DNA of 64,000 nucleotides from a bacterium (GCA_965213625.1 CBDBZU010000004.1:3392001-3456000); one strand, 5' to 3'. Shown: positions 29,508 through 40,343, numbered from the stretch's first letter. The notes: generated from the sequence alone by a model not told the origin. Made by a program: numbers and translations.

Positions 29508-32500
29508 TCACTCCATCACCGCGTCAGCCACGTGCTCCACCGCCGTCCGCGAGAAGCGCGAGAGCCACGCCCGTGTGAGAGCGTCGAACCGCCCCGAAGT
29601 CGAGGGCGCCGACCACTCGCTCGGCATCTCGCCGTTGCGCGCACGCACCCGCACCTCGTAGACCGCATCCGCATCGAGACCCGTGATCCGCGTACGCAAG
29701 CCCGCGCCCGCGTGCGGCCAGTCCGTCCATGCGCCGCCCGCGCCCCGGCGGTACTGCACGTCGTAACCCGTGATGTCGGGACCCCCGTTCAGCCCGGGTT
29801 TCATCCACGTCGCCTCCAGGCTCGTCGGCATCGCCTCATCCTCCGCCACTACCGGCGGGTGGGGCGTCGCCGGCTTCTCGGCCACGTCGGCGACCTCGAT
29901 GGTCACCCGGACCGCGGCCGAGCCGCCCGCACCGTCTTCCGCGCGGACGACCACCGAATACGAAGCCTGCGTCTCGTGGTCGTAGTCCACCCCCGCCCTG
30001 GTCCGTATCTGGCCCGTCGCGCCGTCGATGGCGAACGAACCGCCGTCCGCCCCCTCGAGCGTGTAGGCGAGCGCGCCGCCGCTTGGGTCGTTCGCCGCCA
30101 CCGGCTCACCCACGGCCGCGCCCGCGGGCGCGTTCTCCGGCACCTGCCGCGTCAGCGACTCGCCCGCAAAGTCGGGGACGGAGCCGCCCGGGGGCGTTTC
30201 CGCGGCGTCGTCATCCACAAGCTCCACCGTCGCCGTCGCCGGGGCGCCAATCGTCACGCCGGCGGGCGGCGCGCCGAAGCCCAGAACAACGCTCTCGCCG
30301 TCGTCGTTCTCCGCGTCGTCCACCGCCGTCACCATGAACGTCTTGCTCATCTCGCCGGCGGCGAAGGTCAGCGACGCCGGCACGCCCGACCAGTCCGCTT
30401 CCGTCGCGCCGTTCTGGCCCGTCGCGCTCAGGTCCAACGTCACGGGCGCGGCAAGCGGCGGGCTCAGCCTCACCGACACCATCGCCACATCGCCGCCTTC
30501 CGCAGCCGTATACGCCGACGCCCCGAACCGGAACATCGATGCGCCCGGCGATCCCGTCCGCCCGCTGCCGGGTAGCGACCAGGTGCCGTCGCCGTCCGCG
30601 TTGGTCGCGCGCACCCGCACCTGGTAGAGCGTGTCCTGCGTGAGACCCGTAATCTCCGCATTCAGGCGGGTCACGTCCTGCGGACCGTTCGTCCACGACC
30701 CCGACGCGCCCGCCCGGTATTGCAGGTCGTAGCTCGCGATCTGGGGCCGACCGGTGTTGGCCGGCGCGCTCCAGGCGACGTCGAGGACCGAAACGCCGTC
30801 CGCCGCCGCACCCGGCGCAGCCGGCGCGATGGGCGGCTCGTTCGCGTCGTTCGTCACGTCCACGGTCACCCCGATCGAGACGTTCACCGTGTCGTTGGAG
30901 ACCGTGACCGTCAACGCATAGCTCGCCTTCTCCTCGTGGTCGTAGCGCTCACCGGCCTTCGTCCGGACCTGGCCGCTCGACGATACGATGTCGAACTTCT
31001 CCGCGTCCGTCCCCGCGAGGGTGTAGACCAGCGTGTCGCCGGCGTCGCCGTCCGTCGCCGAAACGGGGTTCCCGACGTCGCGCGCGTTCTGCTCGACGGC
31101 ATCGCCCGCCGTCTCGGCGATGCTGCGCGTAGCGCTCGCGCCGTCACTGAACACCGGCGGGTCGTTGCTGCCGTCAGACGCGATCGTCCCCGTTACGGGG
31201 CTCTCGAGCGGACCCTCGGCGTTACCCCTGTCGTCGGTGAAGCTCACCTTCACCTTGACGGTCTTGCCCTCGTCGTCGTTCGTAAGCGTATAGGTATTCG
31301 ACGTGGCGCCGGTGATGTCGGTCTCCGAGCCGCCGTCCACGCGGACCCACTGGTAGGCGTAGGCGAAGCCGGCTTCGCCGCCGTCGGCCTTCGTCTTGCC
31401 GTCTTCATCCGTTATCCCGTCCGTCGACGCCGTGAGCGTCTGGCCCGCCTGCGCGGCGCCCGAAATCGAGGGCATACCCGCCGCAGCTCTGTTGGGGCGA
31501 CCCGCAACCGTCCCGCTGGAGGGGTACGCGCCGCTTTCGAGCGGACCCTCCTCCTTGCCGCCGTCGTCCTTGAAGCTCACCTTCACCTTGACACTCTTGC
31601 CCTCGTCCTCGTCCGTGAGGGTGTAGGTATTCGACGTGGCGCCGGTGATGTCGGTCTCCGAGCCGCCGTCCACGCGGACCCACTGGTAAGTGTAGGCGAA
31701 GCCGATGTCGCCGTTCACGGCCTTCGTAGTGCCGTCGGCGTCTGATATCCCGCTCGTCGACGCCGTGAGCGACTGGCCCACCTGCGCCGCGCCCGAAATC
31801 GCAGGCGCGCCCGCGGGAACGGCGTCGGCCCTGCAGCGCGCACCGGCCCGTTCTTCGTAGCCACAGCTGGTGATGACGCCGAATCCCGGATGGCTGCAGT
31901 CCGCCAGCGAGTTCTCGTTCCCGTTGCACGCCACCTCGTCGAGCCAGAACTGGGTATTAACAAAATTGGCGAAGTACGAACCCCAGGTATGAGAGTTGGC
32001 GCCCCGGTAGCCCGCCTGGCGACAGGCGACGTCCGCATCCTTCTTGTCCCAAGAGTCGTCGCAGACAGCGCGCCACTCGTTGTTGCGGCAATATTCCACG
32101 GAGCCTTCGCTCGCGACATCGCCGTGTATGAGCCGAACCTCGTCGTTGCAGCCCTGCACCGTAGCCGTCTCCGCGCTGGTCAGCATTTCGCTGAAGCTCT
32201 CGTCATCGGTGAAGCTCACCTTCACCTTGAGCTTCTTGCCCACGTCGTCCGCCGTCAGTTCGTAACTGCGACTCGTCGCGCCGGTGATGTCGGTCTCCGT
32301 GCCGCCGTCCACACGGACCCACTGGAAGGTCCAGCCGGGGCTCGTGAGCCCGTTGGCGTCTGAGATGCCGGAGGTGTCGGCGGTCAGCTTGAAGCCCGTT
32401 TTCAGCGCGCCCGTGATCGTCGGCGCGCCCGTGGGGGCTGTCTTGGTGACGAAGAGCTTGACGCTCACCGTCACCTTCTGGCCGTCGAGCCGCCAGCCGA

Positions 32501-34655
32501 AGTCCGTGGCGACGTCCCATTGATATATGCCGACTGTTGTTCGTTCGCTGCCCACCGTGGCGGTGAACTCCGTGCCGCCGACGTTGAACACCGAGCCGCG
32601 CGGCACAAAGGCATTCAGGGCAATTTGGACAGAATCAGCGATAGGTAGGTCGGTGAGTCTCACGCGACTGACGGTGTAGGATGCGCCGCTATGCTCGAAG
32701 GTCGTATCGTCGAGTGTTCCGTAACCGCCACTTAAAGGGCCGTACCCGTAGTAAGTGAAAGGACTTTGAGTGACCGTCCCCACCGTCATCGTCGCACACC
32801 AGTGGGCGCCGGCCCGGTCGGTGGCGCAGGACTCCTGCATGCGCGCCACCGCCGCGGTCTCGACGCTGGTCAGCGTTTCGCTGAAGCTCCGGTCGTCGGT
32901 GAAGCTCACCTTCACCTTGATCTTCTTGCCCTGGTCCGCCGCTACCGGCGTGTAGGCGCTGAACGTGGCGCCCGAGATGTCGTTCTCGCTGGCGCCGTCC
33001 ACCCGAATCCACTGGTAGGCGTAGCTTACGTTCGTCAGCCCGTCGGCATCGGAGATGCCGGAGGTGCCGGCGGTCAGCGTCTGACCCACCTGGGGCGCGC
33101 CCGTAATCGTCGGCGCGCCCGTGGCGGGGTTGTTGGGGTCGGGGGTAACGACGCTCACCGTCACCTTCTGGCCCGAGGCCCAGTTGAGACCGGAGGGGCG
33201 GCCCCATACATAAATTCCGGTCCCTATTTGATTGCCGGTATTGACAGTGAACCTGGTACGGTTCAGGCGGAACACGGAATCGATGGGCACAGAGTCGCTG
33301 AGGTAGATTTGCACAGTGTCGGTACCGCTGTCAAAGTCATTGTAACGCAATCGATTCACCGTATAGGTCGTTCCTTCACGCTCGAACGTCTTGTCGACAA
33401 GCGATCCGACGCTCGGAGTCTCACCGTAGCCATAGGCAGTCCCCGGCGGGCTTGAAATAATTAACTCCCCCACCGTCAGCGTCGAGCACCAGTCGTAGCC
33501 GGAGGGGCAGGCGGCCTGGACATACGCCGACACGCTGCTCAACAGGGAATGGGAGTAGCCATCGTCGTCGGTGAAGTTCACCATCACCCTTAACCTCTGG
33601 CCGACGTCGGCCGCGCCCGGCGTGTAGGAGCTCGATGTCGCGCCGGAAATTTCCGTATCCGTGCCGCCAAAGCTCCTCCGCATCCACTGGTAGGTGTAGC
33701 TTACGTTCGTCAGCCCGTCTTCGTCGGTGATGCCGCTCGTCACCACGCCGAGCGCAACATTCTCCAGCACCGGCGATCCGAAAACCCTCGGTTCGCCCTG
33801 GGGGAGGTGGTTCTTGACGTCGCCCTTGATTTCCACCGCAAGCGGATTTCTGCCGGTCAGCTTTTCCCAGTTTCCTTCGTCAATACGCTTATAGGCGAAA
33901 TCGATCGACCATCCGGGCTGCGCTGCGTCATCGTCCGCATCCGCCGCATTCCTCAGGGAATAGTGGTGGCGCGGTGTAGCAGATGTATTCGAGTCTTCGA
34001 AGTAGATGAAATACGTGGTATTGGCGTCCAGCGAGACCCCGTTGCCGGACGCCGTGAACGTAACATCGCCGGTGCCGGACACGGAGCCACTCAGCGTACC
34101 AATGGAAGTGCTACTGGGACCCGTACTTGTCGCTGTGTAGATAAAGACCCTGGGCACGGCGTTCGAGCCTTCGTAATAATGCACCCTGAATTTGACGGAC
34201 TTGAGCCAGTAGCCGTCCACCGCCGACCCGGTACTGAACCTCTGCGCTACCTCTTGGACATAAAGGCCACCACTATTGTCGTCGCCTACAACGAGGCGGC
34301 CATCCGGGGAGAATCCGTCGAAATTGCCGACCAGGGTCAAATCATGCGCTTGCACCGGGGTCGCGCAGAGACCCATGAAGACGGCGAGCAGCAGGCAAAG
34401 CCGGATGACGCGCGTCCCGTAAAGCCGCCGCCCGGGGGGACGGCGTTCGCGGCCGCCACCCATCGTCCCGCCCGCGTCCGTCGGCGCATCGTCGATTGAA
34501 AGTCCGGCCGCGAGGGTCTGCGGGCACCCTCTCGCGGAAGGCTCGGATGGGCCGAGGGGTCGGGAGCGCGGCGCGGAGACGTACTTTTGGATGAGTTTCA
34601 TGATGGTCGAGTCCTCTCTATCGTCGTGATGTGTAGCGGTTGCTGCTATCCGCAA
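29508..34655 (-). CDS. large adhesin passenger with Ig-like repeats, SRCR, cadherin, fibronectin III and Calx-beta-like domains
   Basis: Five repeats of the GAP.I.G…YQW.R…V.V.F.DD type, SRCR Cys/Trp pattern, cadherin motifs (ATDGD…YTL.G.D…DHE), Fn3 motifs (YDLQYR…YQVRVRA); ends at an in-frame TGA; start codon uncertain. Confidence 0.85.
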   Translation of the reverse strand: MRIAATATHHDDREDSTIMKLIQKYVSAPRSRPLGPSEPSARGCPQTLAAGLSIDDAPTDAGGTMGGGRERRPPGRRLYGTRVIRLCLLLAVFMGLCATPVQAHDLTLVGNFDGFSPDGRLVVGDDNSGGLYVQEVAQRFSTGSAVDGYWLKSVKFRVHYYEGSNAVPRVFIYTATSTGPSSTSIGTLSGSVSGTGDVTFTASGNGVSLDANTTYFIYFEDSNTSATPRHHYSLRNAADADDDAAQPGWSIDFAYKRIDEGNWEKLTGRNPLAVEIKGDVKNHLPQGEPRVFGSPVLENVALGVVTSGITDEDGLTNVSYTYQWMRRSFGGTDTEISGATSSSYTPGAADVGQRLRVMVNFTDDDGYSHSLLSSVSAYVQAACPSGYDWCSTLTVGELIISSPPGTAYGYGETPSVGSLVDKTFEREGTTYTVNRLRYNDFDSGTDTVQIYLSDSVPIDSVFRLNRTRFTVNTGNQIGTGIYVWGRPSGLNWASGQKVTVSVVTPDPNNPATGAPTITGAPQVGQTLTAGTSGISDADGLTNVSYAYQWIRVDGASENDISGATFSAYTPVAADQGKKIKVKVSFTDDRSFSETLTSVETAAVARMQESCATDRAGAHWCATMTVGTVTQSPFTYYGYGPLSGGYGTLDDTTFEHSGASYTVSRVRLTDLPIADSVQIALNAFVPRGSVFNVGGTEFTATVGSERTTVGIYQWDVATDFGWRLDGQKVTVSVKLFVTKTAPTGAPTITGALKTGFKLTADTSGISDANGLTSPGWTFQWVRVDGGTETDITGATSRSYELTADDVGKKLKVKVSFTDDESFSEMLTSAETATVQGCNDEVRLIHGDVASEGSVEYCRNNEWRAVCDDSWDKKDADVACRQAGYRGANSHTWGSYFANFVNTQFWLDEVACNGNENSLADCSHPGFGVITSCGYEERAGARCRADAVPAGAPAISGAAQVGQSLTASTSGISDADGTTKAVNGDIGFAYTYQWVRVDGGSETDITGATSNTYTLTDEDEGKSVKVKVSFKDDGGKEEGPLESGAYPSSGTVAGRPNRAAAGMPSISGAAQAGQTLTASTDGITDEDGKTKADGGEAGFAYAYQWVRVDGGSETDITGATSNTYTLTNDDEGKTVKVKVSFTDDRGNAEGPLESPVTGTIASDGSNDPPVFSDGASATRSIAETAGDAVEQNARDVGNPVSATDGDAGDTLVYTLAGTDAEKFDIVSSSGQVRTKAGERYDHEEKASYALTVTVSNDTVNVSIGVTVDVTNDANEPPIAPAAPGAAADGVSVLDVAWSAPANTGRPQIASYDLQYRAGASGSWTNGPQDVTRLNAEITGLTQDTLYQVRVRATNADGDGTWSLPGSGRTGSPGASMFRFGASAYTAAEGGDVAMVSVRLSPPLAAPVTLDLSATGQNGATEADWSGVPASLTFAAGEMSKTFMVTAVDDAENDDGESVVLGFGAPPAGVTIGAPATATVELVDDDAAETPPGGSVPDFAGESLTRQVPENAPAGAAVGEPVAANDPSGGALAYTLEGADGGSFAIDGATGQIRTRAGVDYDHETQASYSVVVRAEDGAGGSAAVRVTIEVADVAEKPATPHPPVVAEDEAMPTSLEATWMKPGLNGGPDITGYDVQYRRGAGGAWTDWPHAGAGLRTRITGLDADAVYEVRVRARNGEMPSEWSAPSTSGRFDALTRAWLSRFSRTAVEHVADAVME

Positions 34656-35384
34656 ATCATCTGGATGTACAAAACTCCTCTGCGTGAAATTCCGGGCGTT
34701 TTCCCGTCGTATCGTTCCACCTCATCGCGGCGCGAACGTAAGACGGCAGAATTCCGTATGTCCGAAGCCGGACATCCGGGCGCAAACTTGAAACCGGACG
34801 CCGTCCGCAGCAGCAAATGCGCGAGGACGCGCACCGGGCGCGCGAGCGCCGCGTCTGGTTTTAAGAGGAATTACGGGGAGTCGCAAAACCAGGTGAATCC
34901 GCGAGAACGGCGGATTACACTACATAATTCCATTACCTCGATAGTGGCTGTGTTACGCGAATACAATTTCATAAGAGACGGGATCGTGTCAAGAAGGACC
35001 TGATTCACCGGAATCCACAAACGGCGCCTCTCACAATGATGGAGAATAAACTGTAAGCGCAGGCCACTGCGCCTGTCCGGCTACGGGTGAATGCGGTTTT
35101 GATCGTCTTAGAGACAAGAGCAGTTTCGGGCATTTTCGATTGTCCTGTAAAGGACTGTAACTAAATCAGTTAACAGGTTGCCATGAATCTTCTCTGGCAG
35201 GCCCGTAATCAAAATGAAAGCGGGTTCATTACAACTCCAGCGCATCTCGGCGTGTATGAGTCGTATTCGTTCGGTCGCGGGGTGATGAGGAACAGGAAAG
35301 CACCAGCTGAAGCTGGCTACACCGCGTAATTCCTACAAATGTCTCCGGCATCGACTAAGTTATCACCCCTCCGCCGAACCGTTA

Positions 35385-35866
35385 TTGCACCAGGCTAAGC
35401 CCTGGAGAGGAGGACGCCATGACCTGAAACCTCTCGTAGCGACCCAGCGGGTTCGACTCCCGCCCGGCAAAGGCGAAGCCGGCCAGCCGGAAGCGAGTCT
35501 TGCATGGCGTGCGGCAACGTGCGTCGTGAAGCGTAGACAGCAGGTGACGAAGCGGTGGGGTAAGCCTCGAAATCGGTGAATCGACGACGCCTTCATTGTT
35601 AATCGTGTGGGGGCAGCACCGGAAGCGCCGCTATCGGCGAGGCGCAACGGGTCGTCCGGGGTCGTGGACCGGCGCAAAGTCACGGGGATGGGTCGCCAGG
35701 GAACCTGGGAGATCCTGCTCTTGCCCGTGGGCAAGAACGCTGGAAAGGGGACGGCCAGCGTGAACAATCCAGACCCCGGCCCGTCGCCGGACCTGCACGG
35801 CGATGGGAGCGCCCCATGGCGGACACGAACCCGGCAGGCGCCCGCGGAACCGGCTGGTGAAAACAA
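35385..35866 (+). ncRNA. 5' fragment of a group II intron (domain I onward; no RT ORF or DV/DVI)
   Basis: Motifs recalled from group II intron domain I: CCAGCCGGAAGCGAGTCTTGC..GGCAAC..GAAGCGTAGACAG, AGCCTCGAAAT, GGCAGCAC, GGCGAGG, GGAACCTGGGAGATCC; ends abruptly at the mrr copy. Confidence 0.7.
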
Positions 35867-36673
35867 TTACGGGAAGTGCTTCCGAGCGGTCGGCAGAAAG
35901 TGTTCGTGAACCGCGTGAGTTGGGCCTTGCTAGGCATGGAGCGAGCCGGTCTGGTGGAAAGAGTCTGCCGCGCCGTCTACCGGATAACGCCTGAAGGCCG
36001 ACGGCTACTGTCTCGAAACGTTGTTCGGATCGACCGGAAGTTGCTCCGCGAATTTCCGGCCTACGTCGAGTCCTATGTTGAAAGGCGACGTCGGCAATCG
36101 CCACATGTCGAACTCACAGAGCCGCAAGAGAACGAATCCGGGGAGACGCCCGAGGAAATATTCGAACATGCTGCCGGGGAACTGCGCACCGCTCTGGAAG
36201 TTGAGGTTCTGGCCCGGGTTCGCGCAGCCGCACCGGCGTTTCTTGAGCGTGTAGTCGTTGACTTGCTGATCGCGATGGGTTACGGCGGCGGTGACGCCGC
36301 GAATGGTCGTGTGACCGGACGCTCAGGCGACAGCGGAATCGACGGCAATATCCGGGAGGACACGCTCGGGCTGGATGAAGTCTACTTGCAGGCGAAGAAA
36401 TACGCCGACGGAAACACCGTGGGAGAAGGCGATTTGCGCAACTTCGCCGGCGCAATCGACGCGGCGGGCACGACCAAGGGTGTGTTCGTCACCACCTCCG
36501 GATTCACGCAAGCCGCGAAAAATTATGTGGCTCTTAGCCCGAAGCGGATTGTTCTGATTGACGGTGAGGAGTTGGCGCGACTCATGGTCCGGCACGGGAT
36601 CGGTGTGCGTAAGCGTATCACTTACGAGTTAAATCGGATTGACGAAGACTATTTCGAGTCGGAAGAACTGTAG
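35867..36673 (+). pseudogene. mrr: 5'-truncated duplicate of mrr restriction endonuclease
   Basis: Near-identical to 46554-47369 but lacks about the first 42 codons; GIDG, QAKKY motifs. Confidence 0.85.
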
Positions 36674-36708
36674 GACACGCGCCTTCAATAGTTCGTGGAC
36701 AATGACGT

Positions 36709-37476
36709 CTATTTGCTCACGGCGCTCCGGAGTCTTCGATACTCGGAATTGAACTGTTTGATTCGATGTCCGTTGGCGCCCGAAGGGTGCGGGAACCCCT
36801 TGAGGATTTTCGACGACTCGACGACGCCGGCGACTTGCAACCCCTCTTCTACGGCTCTGCCCAGGGGAACTATCAGGGCGTTCGGGAATCGTTTCAGAGT
36901 GCTCGGGAGATTACTCCTGACGATATTCGACAGCAACTTCGAGTTCCCGATCTTCGGTACACCCCGATAGTTGTTTCCCTTGAAAAAGACGGGATAACGC
37001 AACGCGGACGTAGAGTGAAGCAAGCGCGACGCGCTGCCGAACAGATCGGCGCAGGTTTCCAATCCCAGACGCTCGGCAACGCCTATCCGGTCGAGCATCT
37101 GGATCAGATTGGTGCGCATGGATCCTCCGAAGGCAATCCTGCGCCTGACCTCTCGGAACAGTTGCGGAGGGCGCAAGCCATCTTGAAGCAATCTTCGGAC
37201 CTCCCGAAAAGCGGCAAGCATCTGTGACTTTCCGGGCGTCAGGCCGACGATGACGATTTGCGCGTCTGGAGTGACGCCGTGCAACGGGGCATAGAACACT
37301 TCCAAAGGGCCCTCACGAGCCAGCAGGAAGTCGCCTCCAGTGACATCGCGTTCAGTGGAGTCGGCCGGCAAGGATCGTAATTTATGTTCATAGTCCGCGA
37401 AACGGGGTTCCATAAACTCCACCGCTCCCGGTTGCGAAGCCGGCTTTCTGTTTTGTTCGATCTTGCGATTAGCCAT
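36709..37476 (-). CDS. uracil-DNA glycosylase superfamily-like protein
   Basis: IVIVGLTPG..Q, IVPLG, FPHPSGANGHR. Confidence 0.7.
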   Translation of the reverse strand: MANRKIEQNRKPASQPGAVEFMEPRFADYEHKLRSLPADSTERDVTGGDFLLAREGPLEVFYAPLHGVTPDAQIVIVGLTPGKSQMLAAFREVRRLLQDGLRPPQLFREVRRRIAFGGSMRTNLIQMLDRIGVAERLGLETCADLFGSASRLLHSTSALRYPVFFKGNNYRGVPKIGNSKLLSNIVRSNLPSTLKRFPNALIVPLGRAVEEGLQVAGVVESSKILKGFPHPSGANGHRIKQFNSEYRRLRSAVSK

Positions 37477-38179
37477 TGACCAAAAACCCTCCGTAAGATC
37501 TTCACCGTGTCTGATGAGGACTCGGCGCGGTCAGGTCTGTCTACGGCGAGCCTGAAACAGTTTCTGGAAGTTGATTTTCTCTCTCCTTTCTTAACTTATT
37601 CTGTCTTGGTGAGTGTTTTCTCACGATTGAAATGCCGGTCTGTCAATCATCGAAAGGTGTTCATCCAATCCGTATGAATTCATGTCCATTAACTGCTCAA
37701 AAGGTCAAGGCCAAGTTCCCTGGTTTCTGAAATATGATGAAATGTTAGCGCGAGACCCGCCAGTTCTCCAGCCCAAATTACAGGGAATCCTGGAATAATC
37801 AGGCCGCGGGCGGTAGGCTGCCTGTACGCGATAGACCGGGTCCATTGACACTTGGCGGACGCACGGTAATTGAACGAAAACTTTCTCAATGATTTTTCAC
37901 GCCCCGCGCAATTGGGTTGCAGCGCGCCGACTGCGTAAATTCCAGGTGAGTCGTACCCGTAACGAATTTCGGACTGGCCCCCGAGGCCGTCCTGTTCCCT
38001 TAAACGCTGGCGTCCATCGTGGTCACTCTCAAGCATGACATCCAGATCGCGGTGGCGGTGGAGTGGGACGAGACGTGTTCTTCTTACAAGACGACCCGTG
38101 GAGTGCCCGGCGAACGCTGGCAGATTTCCGTAAAGGCCTTGGTGACTTCTTTTTCAACGCTTGAGCACGACTTTCGTCG

Positions 38180-38360
38180 CCCCCGAAATGTCGCTTAGGT
38201 CCCCGACATTCAATTTGAGCGCCCCCGGTTCTTTCGTATCGAATACGAGCCGAAATGCTTGTTGATACTTGAACTTATTGGGCTTGCTGAAAGGGGCCCG
38301 TCCTCCGGAATCAGCCCGTCGAAACTAGTGGGATCGTAGTACGTCACACGGTTACACGAG
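38180..38360 (-). pseudogene. degraded fragment of a hypothetical protein
   Basis: Frameshifted YYDPTSFDG…PFSKPNKFKYQQAFRLVF…LKLNVGDLSDI. Confidence 0.35.
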
Positions 38361-38593
38361 ACTTGGATCCATTATCCACCTAGCGGAGAGTTCTCCTGAA
38401 CTTCCGAGGTCAGGAACCCAAGATTAAGGGAACAAGAGTCCGGGCGATCCGAAACCCGCTTTCGTTTTCTCCGCCTCTACTTTCGTCCAGGTTCTGCCCT
38501 CGGGCAGGACGAGGAGAGCAGGACTCGCGCGCTCTTTGCCCGTGCCACCAACGCCTCGTCCCTCATGCGCGCCGGTTCCGCCGACAGACTGCC

Positions 38594-39649
38594 TCACGGT
38601 CCCTCCAGCGAAGTGTCGGCACCGGCCTTAATGAGCATATCGACCATCTCTGTGTGACCATTCAGGTCGGCGATGATCAACGCCGTCGCCCCGTCTGCGG
38701 CGCGGAGATTCAACTTCGCACCGGCTTTGATGAGCGGGGGAGCCAGGATCGTGAAACCCGTGTTCGCCGCGTGCATGAGCGGCGTCCACCCGTGTCTGCC
38801 GCGCGCGTTCGGGTCGGCTCCCGCCGCCAGCAATTTCCCGAGGGTCTCGATCACACCGGGGTCCACATACTCGACACATTCCATTTCCCGGAGCGCCGCG
38901 TGAAGGGGGGTGTCTCCCGCTCCATCGCGCGCATTGGGGTCGGCCCCCGCAGCGAGCAGGGCCGAGAGCACCCGTGGACTCTCGCCGTACCGGCTCCAGT
39001 TCAGAGGATTTCGCTCGAGAGTCGCCTTGTGAAGCGGCGTCTCGGCCGAATCGTCGCGGCCTTCCAGATCGGCGCCCGCGTCCAGCAACATCCGCACGAT
39101 GACGGGGGCCGCGTTCGTCTCGGCCGCCGTGTGGAGCGCCGTCCCGCCATAAACGCGCGCGTTCGGGTCCGCGCCGGCTTTGATCAGTGTGGAGACGACA
39201 GCCGGATTCGGATTCGAGTACACCGCACCGTGCAGGGCGGCGTTCAGGCGTTTGCGCGCCTCTTCCGGCGGGTACGGAGCCATCGCCGCCACCAGCAGGC
39301 GCAACACTTCGGGTTCCGCAGCGCTGGACGCCGCCATGTAGAGGGGCTCCGGAACGAGGCTTCGTCCCTCGGGTATGAGTCTCGCCCCTGCGTCCAGGAG
39401 CGCCGCGACCACCTCCGGCTTTGCCCCGTATGTCACGGCGGAGTGCAGGAGCGTCCAGCCGCCTGTCGGGGTGTTCACGTTCCCGCCGGCCGCGATACAG
39501 CGTCTCACGTCCTCGACCCCGGCAGCGGCGAAGAACGCCCGGCGGTTCCAGTCGGCGCACGAGAGCCGCTGCGCCGACTCTGCGCCAGCCGCCGCGAGTA
39601 GCATAAACAGTCCGGCGACGAGGAGCGTTATCATTTTCTTTCGCTTCAT
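38594..39649 (-). CDS. secreted ankyrin-repeat protein
   Basis: Signal peptide plus repeated G.TPLH.A…LL.AGADPNAR. Confidence 0.92.
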   Translation of the reverse strand: MKRKKMITLLVAGLFMLLAAAGAESAQRLSCADWNRRAFFAAAGVEDVRRCIAAGGNVNTPTGGWTLLHSAVTYGAKPEVVAALLDAGARLIPEGRSLVPEPLYMAASSAAEPEVLRLLVAAMAPYPPEEARKRLNAALHGAVYSNPNPAVVSTLIKAGADPNARVYGGTALHTAAETNAAPVIVRMLLDAGADLEGRDDSAETPLHKATLERNPLNWSRYGESPRVLSALLAAGADPNARDGAGDTPLHAALREMECVEYVDPGVIETLGKLLAAGADPNARGRHGWTPLMHAANTGFTILAPPLIKAGAKLNLRAADGATALIIADLNGHTEMVDMLIKAGADTSLEGP

Positions 39650-39878
39650 CTCATCCTCCCCGGTTCGCAGCCGGTCCGGGGGACAGCCCCGGCCGCGTAT
39701 CCGCTTTGCCCTGGGCGCAGCCGCCCGATGCGCATGCCCGCAGGAACGTCAACCGGAGGACGCTAACACGGAAGGCGTATAATGTTGCCGGTGTTACCCA
39801 GTACATCAAGGGACGCTGAAACATAGGAGAGAACTTATCGTCATCGTAATCAATGACGCTCATATCGAACCTGTCGTA

Positions 39879-40343
39879 TCACTGAAGTGATTTAAGGTCG
39901 CCTGGCTTGATGCAGTCAATATCCAGCCGCTCGGTAAGAGGCGCCTCGGTGGACATCATGAGCAGGCATCCCGTGCCGTATGCCGACGCCTGCTTCATCG
40001 TCATCCTAAGCGCTTCCTGCACCTTATGATTGTTCTCCGCATCTTCCATCTTCTCGGCAGAACCGGAATCCTCTTCATCCGACCAGACACGCCATTTCAG
40101 GAATGCGTCATCAACCGGAATGTCGATTGCTTTCTTGGCAGCCCATGACTGTACGTACAGAATTTCGAGAGGATTTCGCCAGTAGATATGTGTAGGTTTG
40201 AAGAAAGTATTTCTTGCTTTATCCGCAGGACCGCCAAGACCGGACATGGCGTTTGAGAGGCCACCCATAGGGCGTGCGCCTCCCGTTCCCGTGCCGATGC
40301 CCTTGTAGGCTCGCTGTATGTATTCCTTCATCCGGTCAAACAT
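39879..40343 (-). pseudogene. phage portal (DUF1073-like) N-terminal fragment, copy 4
   Basis: LSNAMSGLGGPADK, LY.QSWAAKKAIDIPVDDA, A.AYG.G; reading frame continues past the TGA as YDRFD…FSPMFQRP.MYW to about 39790. Confidence 0.75.

Noticed and set aside
35447-35463. GCGGGTTCGACTCCCGC resembles a tRNA T-arm or att site
   Set aside because: No cloverleaf or CCA end; it is a hairpin inside the group II intron-like domain I
37480-38180. Short ORFs such as 37689-38036
   Set aside because: No motif or RBS support; the region looks like degraded sequence
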